A stretch of DNA of 64,000 nucleotides from Chloroflexota bacterium (lineage in GTDB: Bacteria; Chloroflexota; Anaerolineae; CG2-30-64-16): the NCBI GenBank assembly GCA_016876015.1, contig VGOD01000005.1, forward strand, positions 2,950-66,949. The letters run 5' to 3'. The notes beneath the pieces were generated by a model. The model was not told the origin of the DNA. It ran no database searches and saw nothing but the letters and a program-made list of their open reading frames with translations. Position numbers and translations under genes: made by a program. Below are positions 9,501 through 19,736 of the stretch, piece after piece. Position 1 is the stretch's first letter. The number at the start of each line of letters is the position of its first letter.

Positions 9501-9554
9501 ATGGACACGCAGAAAAACTTCTTTCAACTGGTGGGCGATTGGCTGGCGGCGTGA
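9501..9554 (+). pseudogene. TFL copy 1: cytoplasmic-tail codons ending in a premature TGA
   Basis: ATG 9501 MDTQKNFFQLVGDWLAA, then TGA 9552-9554 where copy 2 has CGA (Arg). The same frame continues into 9630..10721. Confidence 0.6.
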
Positions 9555-9629
9555 CAGACCCGCCGCGCGGCAACCGCCCGGCCCCACTCAGACCGCCGTC
9601 TGACCGGCTGGCTGCCGACGCGCGGCAAC

Positions 9630-10721
<1,092 letters not shown>

Positions 10722-10835
10722 GGGTTGGATTGCAGGGAGCGGGATATGACAACGAATCCACGGGATTGATCGAATCTGTCTCATCGGCGCTGGGATTCGG
10801 TCAATCCGGCTGATTCGCTGTCGTATGCGAAGGGG

Positions 10836-10908
10836 TCTGGATCACGAAGCCGCGAAGCTAACGCGAAGATCACAAAGCACGAAGGTCGCGAAGGCGATCG
10901 CCGCGAAT
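10836..10908 (+). repeat. CGAAG-rich 3'-flank element, copy R1
   Basis: tctGGATCACGAAGccGCGAAGctaaCGCGAAGatCACAAAGCACGAAGgtCGCGAAGgcgatcgccgcgaa. Related copies at 16551, 16736, 19588 and 21768. Confidence 0.7.
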
Positions 10909-10911
10909 CGG

Positions 10912-11340
10912 TTATTCCAGCGGAGGATGGATCCCGGCCATGATCCAGATGCGGCGGGCCTGTATCAACCAATCGCTGTTCAAGTACAATGTTGCGATGG
11001 TGGCCCGGCCACAGGGGGTACGACCGATCATGCGCAGGCCGTCCGCGCTCCACGCGAAATGATCGCGCCAGGCCTGGAGGTGCGGGTTGAACAGCGGTAC
11101 GCTGGCGCCGCTTTGGAGATCTTGGCCTTCTATGCGAGCGCCCTTGAACTCGTTGCAACGGTAACAGGCCAGGCAGAGGTTGGCGCTATCGGAAGCGCCG
11201 CCTGCGATCAGGGGGATGATATGATCCAGCACCATCGCGACGCCCGCCAACTCAGGGCTGCGACAATAGCTGCAACGAGAGCCGGCGCGTGCGGCGATCT
11301 GACGGCGCAGTGTGGCGGAGATCTTATGGCGCGTAAGCAT
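10912..11340 (-). CDS. HNH endonuclease (copy 1 of 3)
   Basis: CSYCRSPELAGVAMVLDHIIPLIAGGASDSANLCLACYRCNEFKG is a CxxC...H...N...CxxC HNH core. Paralogs at 15265..15700 and 29844..30269. Confidence 0.8.
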   Translation of the reverse strand: MLTRHKISATLRRQIAARAGSRCSYCRSPELAGVAMVLDHIIPLIAGGASDSANLCLACYRCNEFKGARIEGQDLQSGASVPLFNPHLQAWRDHFAWSADGLRMIGRTPCGRATIATLYLNSDWLIQARRIWIMAGIHPPLE

Positions 11341-11755
11341 GGATGGGGCCCGGCGGCAGCGGTAACGTATGCCCCCGCCACTTCAGAACCGCCAGGGCGT
11401 AAGAGCGGCGTAAGACAAACCGGTCAGCCTCGGCCCGTAAGCGCGCCAACTCCTCACGCTCGGCCTCGTTCAACGCGCCGGTTTCGTTTTTACGCAAGAG
11501 ACGCCGGTGGCGCCGCCATTGATCGGTCGGCAGCGCCGCAGAGGCGATCTCCCATAGCTGCTCGTCACTCGAACTCAACCAGGCGACCAACTCGTTTTGC
11601 AGCTCGGCGGGCAGATCATCCACGGTGGGCGGCAGGTTGCCGCGAATGGTTTGTGACGCCACTTCTTCCAACGGACGGCGTAGCACAATCGCCATGCGTT
11701 GCAGACGCCGGTACGAATCTTCGGACAGACGGAGTGTTATCGTTTGGAGAGTCAT
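11324..11755 (-). CDS. RHH-like ~140-aa partner of the HNH gene (putative antitoxin/regulator)
   Basis: Overlaps the HNH start. ITLRLSEDSYRRLQRMA is an RHH-like N-terminus. Paralogs at 15666..16121 and 29425..29847 share LP.(E/D)L..EL...L.......R...LL.......L...E..EL..L......VLRR..A.A.L..RG. Confidence 0.55.
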   Translation of the reverse strand: MTLQTITLRLSEDSYRRLQRMAIVLRRPLEEVASQTIRGNLPPTVDDLPAELQNELVAWLSSSDEQLWEIASAALPTDQWRRHRRLLRKNETGALNEAEREELARLRAEADRFVLRRSYALAVLKWRGHTLPLPPGPIHAYAP

Positions 11756-11775
11756 TGCATCCTCCGATAGCCTGT

Positions 11776-11804
11776 ACTCTACTCAGGAATCAGCGTTTTG
11801 TCAA
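11776..11804 (-). promoter_or_regulatory. Promoter of the RHH-like/HNH operon (conserved TA-promoter family)
   Basis: Minus strand: TTGACA (11804-11799), 17 nt (aaacgctgattcctgag), TAGAGT (11781-11776), about 20 nt before ATG 11755. Confidence 0.55.
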
Positions 11805-11844
11805 GAAGGAATTTTGTGCTAAATCCATCACGCGCACAGCCGCG

Positions 11845-11938
11845 AAATATGGTGTACTGTCTTTGACGTGCAAACGTTTTGCGCCAATCTTGCATATATT
11901 GCCATTTGAACCCCACGCTCAAACCGGAGGATTATCCC
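11845..11938 (+). promoter_or_regulatory. Leader/promoter of TFL copy 2
   Basis: TGGTGTACT at 11850-11858. Hairpin gcaaa-cgt-tttgc. SD ggagg. ATG at 11939. Confidence 0.4.
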
Positions 11939-12817
11939 ATGGACTCGCAGAAAAACCTGTTCATCTTGTTCGGTGAGTGGCTGGCGGCGCGACAGGCTCG
12001 CCGCGCGGCGACCGCCCCGCCCCATGCATCCCGCCGCCTGACCAACTGGCTGCCGACGCGTGGCAATGTGATCTTCACCCTGGCGATGATCGCGCTACTC
12101 ATCGCCGCCCAGTCAGGGGGCGCCCTGCCGGTGGGCCGCGCGCCGGCCGCGCCGGAGGCGGCCTCGACGGGCACGATTGCCTACCAGGGCCGGCTGGCCG
12201 ATGCAACCGGCGCGCCGCTGACCGGCACGTACAACATGATCTTCCGCCTGTACGACGCCGCGGCCGGCGGGACGCCGCTGTGGGGCGAGCCGTGGACGGG
12301 CTCGAACGGCGTGAAGGTGAGCGATGGGCTGTTCAACGTGATGCTGGGCAGCCTCGCCCAACTCCCAATCTCCCAATTTACCAATTCCCAATCCTTGTTC
12401 CTGGGCATCACGGTGGGGACGGATGACGAGATGCAGCCGCGGGTGCAGTTGGGGAGCGTGCCGTTCGCGGTGCAGGCGTTGACGGTGCCGGATGGGAGTG
12501 TGACGACCGCGAAGATCGCGAATGGAGCGGTGACCTCTGCCAAACTAGCCAGTAGTATCAATGTGCAAAACGATCTCATTGTCAATGGCACATCCTATCT
12601 TGCCAAAAAGGCTTCGGCCAGCAATGTACAAGATACAGGCCCTCTCGAAGTTGGTAGCCGAGCTATGTGGACTGCGGGCAAGATCAACGGGACTATTGGG
12701 TTCCCCGGGTATGGAATCCAACACGGTCAAATTGCCTGGGTTCCAGGCAGTGGTTTCTATCTGATCGACTCTTCAATAGGCGCTCCGTCGGGTGATTTTG
12801 GAACAGGGGGTGCATGA
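11939..12817 (+). CDS. TFL family copy 2: intact tail/anchor/stalk, head B probably cut by an IS fragment
   Basis: [58 protein letters not shown], then a stalk about 93% identical to copy 1 by eye. The ORF ends 34 nt before the IS1-like fragment. A head-A tail relic lies beyond the IS. Confidence 0.6.
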   Translation: MDSQKNLFILFGEWLAARQARRAATAPPHASRRLTNWLPTRGNVIFTLAMIALLIAAQSGGALPVGRAPAAPEAASTGTIAYQGRLADATGAPLTGTYNMIFRLYDAAAGGTPLWGEPWTGSNGVKVSDGLFNVMLGSLAQLPISQFTNSQSLFLGITVGTDDEMQPRVQLGSVPFAVQALTVPDGSVTTAKIANGAVTSAKLASSINVQNDLIVNGTSYLAKKASASNVQDTGPLEVGSRAMWTAGKINGTIGFPGYGIQHGQIAWVPGSGFYLIDSSIGAPSGDFGTGGA

Positions 12818-12850
12818 GTGGATTTACACGTAAAAAGCCTGTAGGTAGCC

Positions 12851-13339
12851 CTACACGACAGCGTGGAGTTGCCGGGCTGCCGGTTTGAAGAACAGCAACT
12901 CGCGCACGGACCAGACATGGTCGGTCAAGTCGGCGGCCATGGTCGGCGTGGCCCCCAGCGTGCTGTGGATCGTGCAGAAGTTGTAGACGGTACCCGACCA
13001 GAACATCTCACTGCGCAGGCGGGTACAGCCTTGGGCCAGGTGACGGGTACGGCGTGCGAGCGCAGGCAGGCGGGCACGGAAGGTGGCGTTCAAGCGTTCG
13101 ATGAAGGCGGTGTTGATGCGGCCCAGTTCACATTGACTGAGGGCGATCAATTCATCGACGCGCTCGCGACAGCCATGCACGACGCGGCGCTCGACCGCCG
13201 CCAACACCCGCCCACTGTGGTGTTTGACGACCTGCACAATGTGGAGGTCGGCCCAGGGGAGGCGCGGCGGTCGGCCGACCTTGCCACTGCGCACGACATC
13301 GGAGAACGCGCGCAGGATGACTTTGGGATAGGCGGCCAA
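12851..13339 (-). mobile_element. IS1-like DDE transposase, C-terminal fragment
   Basis: INTAFIERLNATFRARLPALARRTRHL...YNFCTIHSTLGATPTMAADLTDHVWSVRELL is the typical (I)ER-N...R...L.RRT tail of IS1-type transposases. Only 162 aa. Confidence 0.5.
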
Positions 13340-13352
13340 GCCATCGGTAGGA

Positions 13353-13467
13353 CGCGATTACTTCGTGGTCAAGGCGTGCGAGGGTGATCCGAACGTGGCC
13401 TTCGCCTGGCGGTTGAGTGCGACGCGCAAGGGATATGCCGGGGTGCGGCTGGAAGAGGTCAAGTGGT
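13353..13467 (+). pseudogene. Relic of head-A 3' end (orphan fragment)
   Basis: Translates [37 protein letters not shown]. Aligns to 10608-10721 of copy 1. Confidence 0.75.
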
Positions 13468-13842
13468 GAGCTTTTGGCGCACGAACGTAAGCACCTGGCG
13501 GATGGCGTGCTCCGGGTTGGGATCCAGGTGGCTCTCGACCACATTGCCCTCGCTGCCATCGTGAAAGTGCCGGGGGAAGGTCGCCACGTGCCGCCACCAG
13601 TCGTGCGGGGCATTGTCGTGGCGGTAGAGGTCGCCAGCCGCAATCAGCCGGCGTTCCCAATGGTAAGAATAGCGGCCGCTGCTGGACAGGAACACATCGA
13701 GGAGGGAATGATCCACCAGGTCGAGGCGTAATTTGAGTGGATCGCCGGTCGGCAAACAAAGCACCTGTGCGCTGACGACGATATCGGCGAATTCGGCGGC
13801 CGCGATCTCACCCAGCGCGTTGTAGGTCGTTAAGCTGGACAT
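13459..13842 (-). CDS. TumE-like (DUF6516) putative toxin
   Basis: [42 protein letters not shown] matches the Y.YHW...R.DNAPH....FPHH.H signature. Paralog at 24702..25190. Confidence 0.5.
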   Translation of the reverse strand: MSSLTTYNALGEIAAAEFADIVVSAQVLCLPTGDPLKLRLDLVDHSLLDVFLSSSGRYSYHWERRLIAAGDLYRHDNAPHDWWRHVATFPRHFHDGSEGNVVESHLDPNPEHAIRQVLTFVRQKLTT

Positions 13843-14095
13843 CCAACTCCTCCAGGCGCTCGGTCAGGTTTTCGGCGGCAATCAGGTCTTCCCAGGCCGG
13901 ATGCTCGACCACGACGCCGTGGGCGATCCTGGCCTCGAGATCGGTCAATGAGGTGGCGCCGTAGCGGCCCAGGATCTCCAGCTTGAGTTGCATGGCCTGC
14001 CGTTTCTTGTCGTGCAGATAGCTGACCAATGCCTGGCGGAACAATTCCTCTTCGGGAAGACCCTGCGATGTTGCAATTTTCGTAAGCGTTAGCAT
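13808..14095 (-). CDS. Partner (putative antitoxin) of the TumE-like gene
   Basis: ATG 14095 MLTLTKIATSQGLPEEELFRQALV overlaps the downstream TumE-like gene. Distantly similar to 25183..25461 (LEILGRYG vs FEVKFG region). Confidence 0.4.
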   Translation of the reverse strand: MLTLTKIATSQGLPEEELFRQALVSYLHDKKRQAMQLKLEILGRYGATSLTDLEARIAHGVVVEHPAWEDLIAAENLTERLEELDVQLNDLQRAG

Positions 14096-14154
14096 GCGTC
14101 CCTTCGTCCTTCGTGATCTGCGGGTTGCAATCACAGCAACCATCGGTCATTACG

Positions 14155-15075
<921 letters not shown>

Positions 15076-15270
15076 CGCGATGGAGTTTCGAATGTGGCCT
15101 TCGCCTGGCGATTGAGCGCGACGCGCAAGGGGTATGCGGGGGTGCGGCTGGAAGATGTCAAGTGAGGGTTGAATTGCAAGGCGCGGAATATGACAACGAA
15201 TCCACGGGATGGATCGAATCTGTCTCGTCGGCGCTGGAATTCGGTCAATTCGGCTGATTCGTTGTCATAG
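15076..15270 (+). pseudogene. Relic of head-A 3' end plus its 3' flank, directly after the copy 3 stop
   Basis: [24 protein letters not shown], then gagggttgaattgcaagg...ggtcaattcggctgattcg. Aligns to 10630-10825 of copy 1, about 88% identical by eye. Confidence 0.75.
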
Positions 15271-15700
15271 TCCCGATGTCGGCGGGTGAAGCCCGGCGCG
15301 CACCCAGATCGAACGCGCCACCACGATAAGAGGATGGTTGAGATGCAGCGCCTCGATGGTTGCGCGGCCGCATGGCGTCAGGCCGATGACCTGGGCGCCA
15401 TCCTGGCTCCACGTGAAATGGTCGCGCCACACCTGACGGCGGGGATGGAACAAGGGGACTTCCGCGCCGGTTGCCGGGGTCTGCGCCGCGAAACCGGGCC
15501 TGCTTGTAACCGTTGCACGAGGAACAGGCGAAACACAGGTTGTCCACATCCGCCGAGCCGCCCAGGGCGCGTGGGAAGATGTGATCCACTTCACCGGGCA
15601 GCCCGTTAAGCCACTCGGAGGTCTGGCAGTATTCGCAGCGGCCTTGCGCCCGCTGGCGGACCAACTCACGCAGCGACTTCGGAATCATCGGTCTCATCAT
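15265..15700 (-). pseudogene. HNH endonuclease (copy 2 of 3), frameshifted
   Basis: The N-terminal half (CEYCQTSEWLNGLPGEVDHIFPRALGGSADVDNLCFACSSCNGYKQARFRGADP) is in the frame of 15245..15700. The C-terminal half (ATGAEVPLFHPRRQVWRDHFTWSQDGAQVIGLTPCGRATIEAL) is in the frame of 15265..15669. The switch is at the GGGG run 15476-15479. Confidence 0.7.
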
Positions 15701-16121
15701 CCGTGGGGACTGCCCCGAACCGCGCGGGACGCACAGGATACCCGCGTTCGGCCAGGATCGCCAACGCTTGGGCGCGGCGGAGGACGGAGCGATGATAGGC
15801 AGCCAGCAGGGCGGTCTGTTCGGCCGCCTCCGTTGGGGTCAGCGTGCGCTCGCCAGCGGTATGATTGAGTTGTTGGAGTCGGTGTTGCTGGGCCGGCGCA
15901 AGGGAAGGGTGCGTCGTCGCCTGCAAGGCCCGATCGCTCAACAAGCGCATGGCGGCCAGTTCGCCGGCCAGGTCGTCTGGCAAGCCCGCCGGCGCGATCA
16001 GCGTCGCGTCGATGGTGTTGGCAAGCACTTCATCCACCGAGCGGTAAGTCAGCTCGGCTGCGCGCTTGAGCTTTGCTATGATCGGAGGCGCCAATCTTAC
16101 GGTGATCGCTTGTTCTAACAT
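15666..16121 (-). CDS. RHH-like partner of the HNH gene (copy 2 of 3)
   Basis: ATG 16121 MLEQAITVRLAPPIIAKLKRAAEL. C-terminal LLAAYHRSVLRRAQALAILAERGY, as in the paralogs. Confidence 0.55.
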   Translation of the reverse strand: MLEQAITVRLAPPIIAKLKRAAELTYRSVDEVLANTIDATLIAPAGLPDDLAGELAAMRLLSDRALQATTHPSLAPAQQHRLQQLNHTAGERTLTPTEAAEQTALLAAYHRSVLRRAQALAILAERGYPVRPARFGAVPTDDETDDSEVAA

Positions 16122-16138
16122 CGCTGCTGCTCCAGACA

Positions 16139-16166
16139 TTGACGATAATACGGAACGAAGTATACC
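16139..16166 (+). promoter_or_regulatory. Candidate promoter of TFL copy 4
   Basis: TTGACG (16139-16144), 16 nt, TATACC (16161-16166). SD aaggag at 16201-16206. ATG at 16213. Confidence 0.35.
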
Positions 16167-16212
16167 GCAAGCTTGCATGAAAAGCCAATTAGCTTCTCGA
16201 AAGGAGTTCCCG

Positions 16213-16545
16213 ATGTCATCCCGACGTTATTTCAACCTGCGCATCCCGTTGCCCAATGGCCTTGGTTGGCTGCGGCGCCTGTTGCCCACCCCCGGCAACG
16301 TGATCTTCACGCTGGCGATGATCGTACTGCTGATCGCCGCGCAATCGGCCGGCGCGCGGCCACTGGGCCGCGCGCCGGCCGCGCCCGAGGCGGCCTCGAC
16401 TGGCACGATCGCGTACCAGGGCCGGCTGGCGGATACGGCCGGCGCGCCGCTGACGGGCACCTACAACATGACCTTCCGCTTCCCAGGCAACACACAGATC
16501 ATTGATGTTACGGGCTTGTATCTAGAGTATACAGCTCAACCATGA
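16213..16545 (+). pseudogene. TFL family copy 4: divergent tail, intact TM, stalk truncated after TYNMTFR
   Basis: [44 protein letters not shown]...[28 protein letters not shown], then unrelated FPGNTQIIDVTGLYLEYTAQP*. Family homology ends near 16479. Confidence 0.65.
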
Positions 16546-16550
16546 AGCAA

Positions 16551-16644
16551 GTTCGAAGAGCGCGAAGGCAGTCGCTGCGGATGCGATCTCCGTGCTCTTC
16601 GCGCTTCGTGTCTTCGCGTCGCTTCACGTCTCCCGTGATCCAAA
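16551..16644 (-). repeat. CGAAG-rich element, copy R2a (mainly reverse orientation)
   Basis: gcggatgcgatctccgtgctcttcgcgcttcgtgtcttcgcg...cccgtgatccaaa is nearly identical to the right arm of 19588-19687. It starts 6 nt after the copy 4 stop. Confidence 0.65.
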
Positions 16645-16735
16645 TCTCCCGCACAATTCTGGAGGGATACCATGAAACACACACAACTCGGTCGCATGTT
16701 GGCCGTCGTCGCCAGGATGGTAGTGCGGTGAAGAG

Positions 16736-16810
16736 GTCTGGATCACGAAGCCGCGCAGCAATCACAAAGATCGCGAAGCACGAAGGACGCGAAGGTGGTC
16801 GCCGCGAAGT
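16736..16810 (+). repeat. CGAAG-rich element, copy R2b (forward)
   Basis: tctGGATCACGAAGccgcgcagcaatCACAAAGatCGCGAAGCACGAAGgaCGCGAAGgtggtcgccgcgaag. Confidence 0.65.
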
Positions 16811-16820
16811 GCGGCTTCGA

Positions 16821-17171
16821 TCAGGCGGTGGGCAGGCCGAGATGGAGGGCCAGGGCTTGATCTACCCGCGCCATCGTCTGGGGGATCAGGCGTCCCATCT
16901 TGCGGATCAGGCGCGTTTGATCCAACGTGCGGATGTGAAACACCAAGGCCACGCCGTCCATCGCGAGGCCCGACTCGGCGGCGGAGATCGTAATCGTGAA
17001 CAGGAAACGTCCGGCGCGCAGGTTCGAGGTGAGCGGGACGATGGTGACGGTGGGGATGCGTTCGTTAGCCAGATCACACTGCACAACCAGGACGGGCCGC
17101 GTGCCGGCCTGCTCGAAGCCGACTACCGGATCGAGGTTTGCCATGAAGACGTCCCCGCATTGGATGCGCAT
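16821..17171 (-). CDS. mazF: MazF/PemK-family toxin (mRNA interferase)
   Basis: GDVFMANLDPVVGFEQAGTRPVLVVQCDLANERIPTVTIVPLTS is the classical MazF N-terminal motif. Confidence 0.8.
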   Translation of the reverse strand: MRIQCGDVFMANLDPVVGFEQAGTRPVLVVQCDLANERIPTVTIVPLTSNLRAGRFLFTITISAAESGLAMDGVALVFHIRTLDQTRLIRKMGRLIPQTMARVDQALALHLGLPTA

Positions 17172-17453
17172 TCAGGCCACGATGCCTTGCTCGGTCCGCA
17201 GCAGGGCGGCGTTCTCGGCCGGCAGCCAGACTTCGTCGGCCAACTCATCGGCCAACTCGGAATACATGGCAGCCAGGGCGTCATAGTCCTTGGCAAGTTT
17301 CTGTTGTAATGCGCGACGGCGCGCCGCGGTGATATATGCGCGGACGGCTTGACGAACAAAGCTGTCCAGGTTGACGCCCGGCTGGACGCCTTGAATTTCC
17401 GTCACCAGCGAGTCTGGCAGCTTGACAAGTGTGTAGTCGGCGAGTAGGGGCAT
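17172..17453 (-). CDS. Antitoxin of the MazF module (RHH/MazE-like)
   Basis: 93-aa ORF abutting the mazF start. Acidic C-terminal half (YSELADELADEVW). Confidence 0.5.
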   Translation of the reverse strand: MPLLADYTLVKLPDSLVTEIQGVQPGVNLDSFVRQAVRAYITAARRRALQQKLAKDYDALAAMYSELADELADEVWLPAENAALLRTEQGIVA

Positions 17454-17476
17454 GGTCTGTTACTCCTCCGTCATCG

Positions 17477-17839
17477 TCAGGCTTTCCTGGCAACCAACTC
17501 GCGCAGCAAACTGCGGATGCGATCAAGAACCTGCGGAGTTACCTGACCGAACGTCCTGGTCACGATGGCCTGCGACAAGGTATAGAGCTTATCTACCCGG
17601 ATCGTGCCCGGATGGTTGAGCTGGCCTTGCTGCAAGTCGCTCGACGCGATGACGAAACTGTAGTCCACCCGCGCCGGATTGGAAGTCATCGCGACCACGA
17701 CGACGTCCGTTGTGAGGCGATTGTAGGCATCGTTGGATATGACCACGACCGGTCGCTGTTTGTGCGTCGAGAGATCGGTGAATGGGATCGGCACGAGCAG
17801 GATGTCACCCTGGCTAGGCATGGTTCCAGTCCTCGTCAT
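17477..17839 (-). CDS. Second MazF/PemK-family toxin
   Basis: GDILLVPIPFTDLSTHKQRPVVVISNDAYNRLTTDVVVVAMTSNP. The start may be the internal Met at 17821. Confidence 0.75.
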   Translation of the reverse strand: MTRTGTMPSQGDILLVPIPFTDLSTHKQRPVVVISNDAYNRLTTDVVVVAMTSNPARVDYSFVIASSDLQQGQLNHPGTIRVDKLYTLSQAIVTRTFGQVTPQVLDRIRSLLRELVARKA

Positions 17840-18020
17840 CCAGGGGGTTGTCCCAGAAGCTCAAGCTGCTTTCGGCAGCCGCCAGCAAATCATCGAAACG
17901 CTCGGCCGGCTCCTCGACGACAAAGACCGTGATGTGCGCGCCGGAAGGAAAAGGGACGCGTAACTCGATGTGCCCGTTCGCTGGCACGCGTAGATCGTAT
18001 TTCAGGGCTGTTTGCAGCAT
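17814..18020 (-). CDS. Antitoxin of the second MazF module
   Basis: 68-aa ORF overlapping the toxin start. Acidic tail FWDNPLDDEDWN. Confidence 0.45.
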   Translation of the reverse strand: MLQTALKYDLRVPANGHIELRVPFPSGAHITVFVVEEPAERFDDLLAAAESSLSFWDNPLDDEDWNHA

Positions 18021-18074
18021 AGGTATGACCTCTGCCCAATCTGATATGGGCTGATTCTTGACTGGCGCTGGCTT

Positions 18075-18103
18075 ATTCTAGCATGCCGGCCGCAGGCTGG
18101 CAA
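18075..18103 (-). promoter_or_regulatory. Promoter of the second MazF operon
   Basis: Minus strand: TTGCCA (18103-18098), 17 nt ending in TGC, TAGAAT (18080-18075), about 55 nt before ATG 18020. Confidence 0.4.
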
Positions 18104-18199
18104 ACGCAGAGGGCCAACGGCTGAGATGAGTGAGATCAGCCAAGCGGAAACTAACCAGATGCGCACGATCCTGGCGCGGCGCGGGTTGCGACTGGGGAT

Positions 18200-18335
18200 G
18201 ATCGTGAAATCCGCGCACATTCATCGCGCGATCGGCCACAAAACGTGGTATACTGCCGTTGTTGCGCAATCGCCTTGCGCCGTTCATGCGGGTGTTGACA
18301 ATCGAATCCCACACCCAGGCAAGGAGGCCCATCCC
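18200..18335 (+). promoter_or_regulatory. Conserved TFL leader (copy L5): extended -10 promoter plus structured 5' UTR
   Basis: Near-identical copies at 24262-24389 and 25560-25689; partial copy at 23165-23260. TGGTATACT at 18246-18254. Hairpin gcgcaa-tcgcc-ttgcgc at 18264-18280. SD aaggagg. ATG at 18336. Confidence 0.55.
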
Positions 18336-19663
18336 ATGGATTCGCAAAAGAACTTCTTCCAACTGTTGGGCGATTGGCTGGCAACGCGGCAGACCCGCCG
18401 TCGCGAGGCCGCCGCCCAGCCTCGCTCACCCCATCGGCTGTCCGGCTGGCTGCCCTCCCGCGGCAACGTGATCTTTACCCTGCTGATGATCGCGCTGCTG
18501 ATTGCCGCGCAGACCGTCGGCGCGCTGCCAGCGGGGCGTCCGCAAGGGGGCGACCACAAAGGGATCGCCCCTACGGCCACGTCTACCGGCACGATCGCCT
18601 ACCAGGGCCGCCTGGCCGACGCCGATGGCAATCCCCTCACGGGCACGTACAACATGATCTTCCGCCTGTACGACGCCGCGACGGGCGGCGTGCCCCTCTG
18701 GGAGGAGCAGTGGACCGGCTCGAACGGGGTGAAAGTGAGCGACGGCCTGTTCAACGTGATGCTGGGCAGTCTCGCCCAACTCCCAATCTCCCAATTTACC
18801 AATTCCCCGTCCTTGTTCCTGGGCATCACCGTGGGCACGGACGACGAGATGGCCCCGCGCGTGCAGTTGGGCAGCGTGCCGTTCGCGGTGCAGGCGCTTA
18901 CGGTGCCGGATGGGAGTGTGACGACGGCGAAGATCGCGGATGGCGCGGTGACACAGGCCAAACTGAGTTCCCAACTTACTGTACCCTTTGAAGGCCGACC
19001 TGGCAGCTACCCCTATGTCGTGGGGATGTCGCAGTTCTTGCTTACCGCCAGCCATTATTGTGGGGGTACATGCCCACAGAACATCCCGATCCGGACAAGT
19101 GCCCGGTGACCGATCTCAACTACCACTTCAATCTGAACATGTTGGCTCACAACGCCGACGGTCACATAGATGCGGCCAACAACATGCCTGGCCGATTTGC
19201 CTACGGCTACACATACGCCTACTTCCTGACCAACTCAGGTGCAGCGCGTACTATCAACGTGAGTTTCGGTACTTGCAACGACGTGGGGATCTATGTGCTG
19301 ACCGGAGCAGTGAACGGCAGGAGTCTGGGAACAGCAGGCGCCAAGCAGTATCATCGTACCCCCGGTAACAGCGATGGCGGATTGGGTTGTCCATGCGCTC
19401 ACCCTATGGCTTCGATAGCGATTCCGTCCGGAGCTTTTCGCCTGATAATTCTGACGCGCGGCAGCGATTGCACATCCTATCTTGGCTGGCCTGATGGCCC
19501 GATCAACTGGATCGCCGATAATAGTCTCAGTGTTGACTGGGATGGTCTGCGTACGTACTTGGCGAGCAATAGATTGGACGGGAGGGTGTTTGGATCACGA
19601 AGGACGCAAGGATGGTCGCCGCGGATGCGATCTTCGTGCTCTTCGCGCTTCGTGTCTTCGTGA
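18336..19663 (+). pseudogene. TFL family copy 5: intact tail/anchor/stalk, head D split by a frameshift at a G5 run
   Basis: [59 protein letters not shown] plus stalk. The first frame stops at 19109. Head D continues in the frame of 19058..19663 (YMPTEHPDPDKCPVTDLNYHFNLNML). The switch is at GGGGG 19062-19066. The last ~25 codons lie inside repeat R3. Confidence 0.6.
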
Positions 19664-19687
19664 GCCTTCGCGCCTCCGTGATCCAAA
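19588..19687. repeat. CGAAG-rich element, copy R3 (hairpin form with terminal inverted repeats)
   Basis: gtttggatcacgaaggacgcaaggatggtcgccgcg + gatgcgatcttcgtgctcttcgcgcttcgtgtcttcgtgagccttcgcgcctccgtgatccaaac. The termini tttggatcacg / cgtgatccaaa are inverted. Confidence 0.7.
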
Positions 19688-19736
19688 CGCCTTCCCAATC
19701 AGCCATTCGGTCATTTCAAGGAGTGAGGAACTCCCT

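Noticed and set aside
9552-9554. In-frame TGA of TFL copy 1 as selenocysteine or programmed readthrough.
   Set aside because: The paralog has CGA (Arg) at this codon, so a simple C-to-T nonsense mutation explains it. No SECIS-like hairpin follows immediately, and no selenoprotein context is present.
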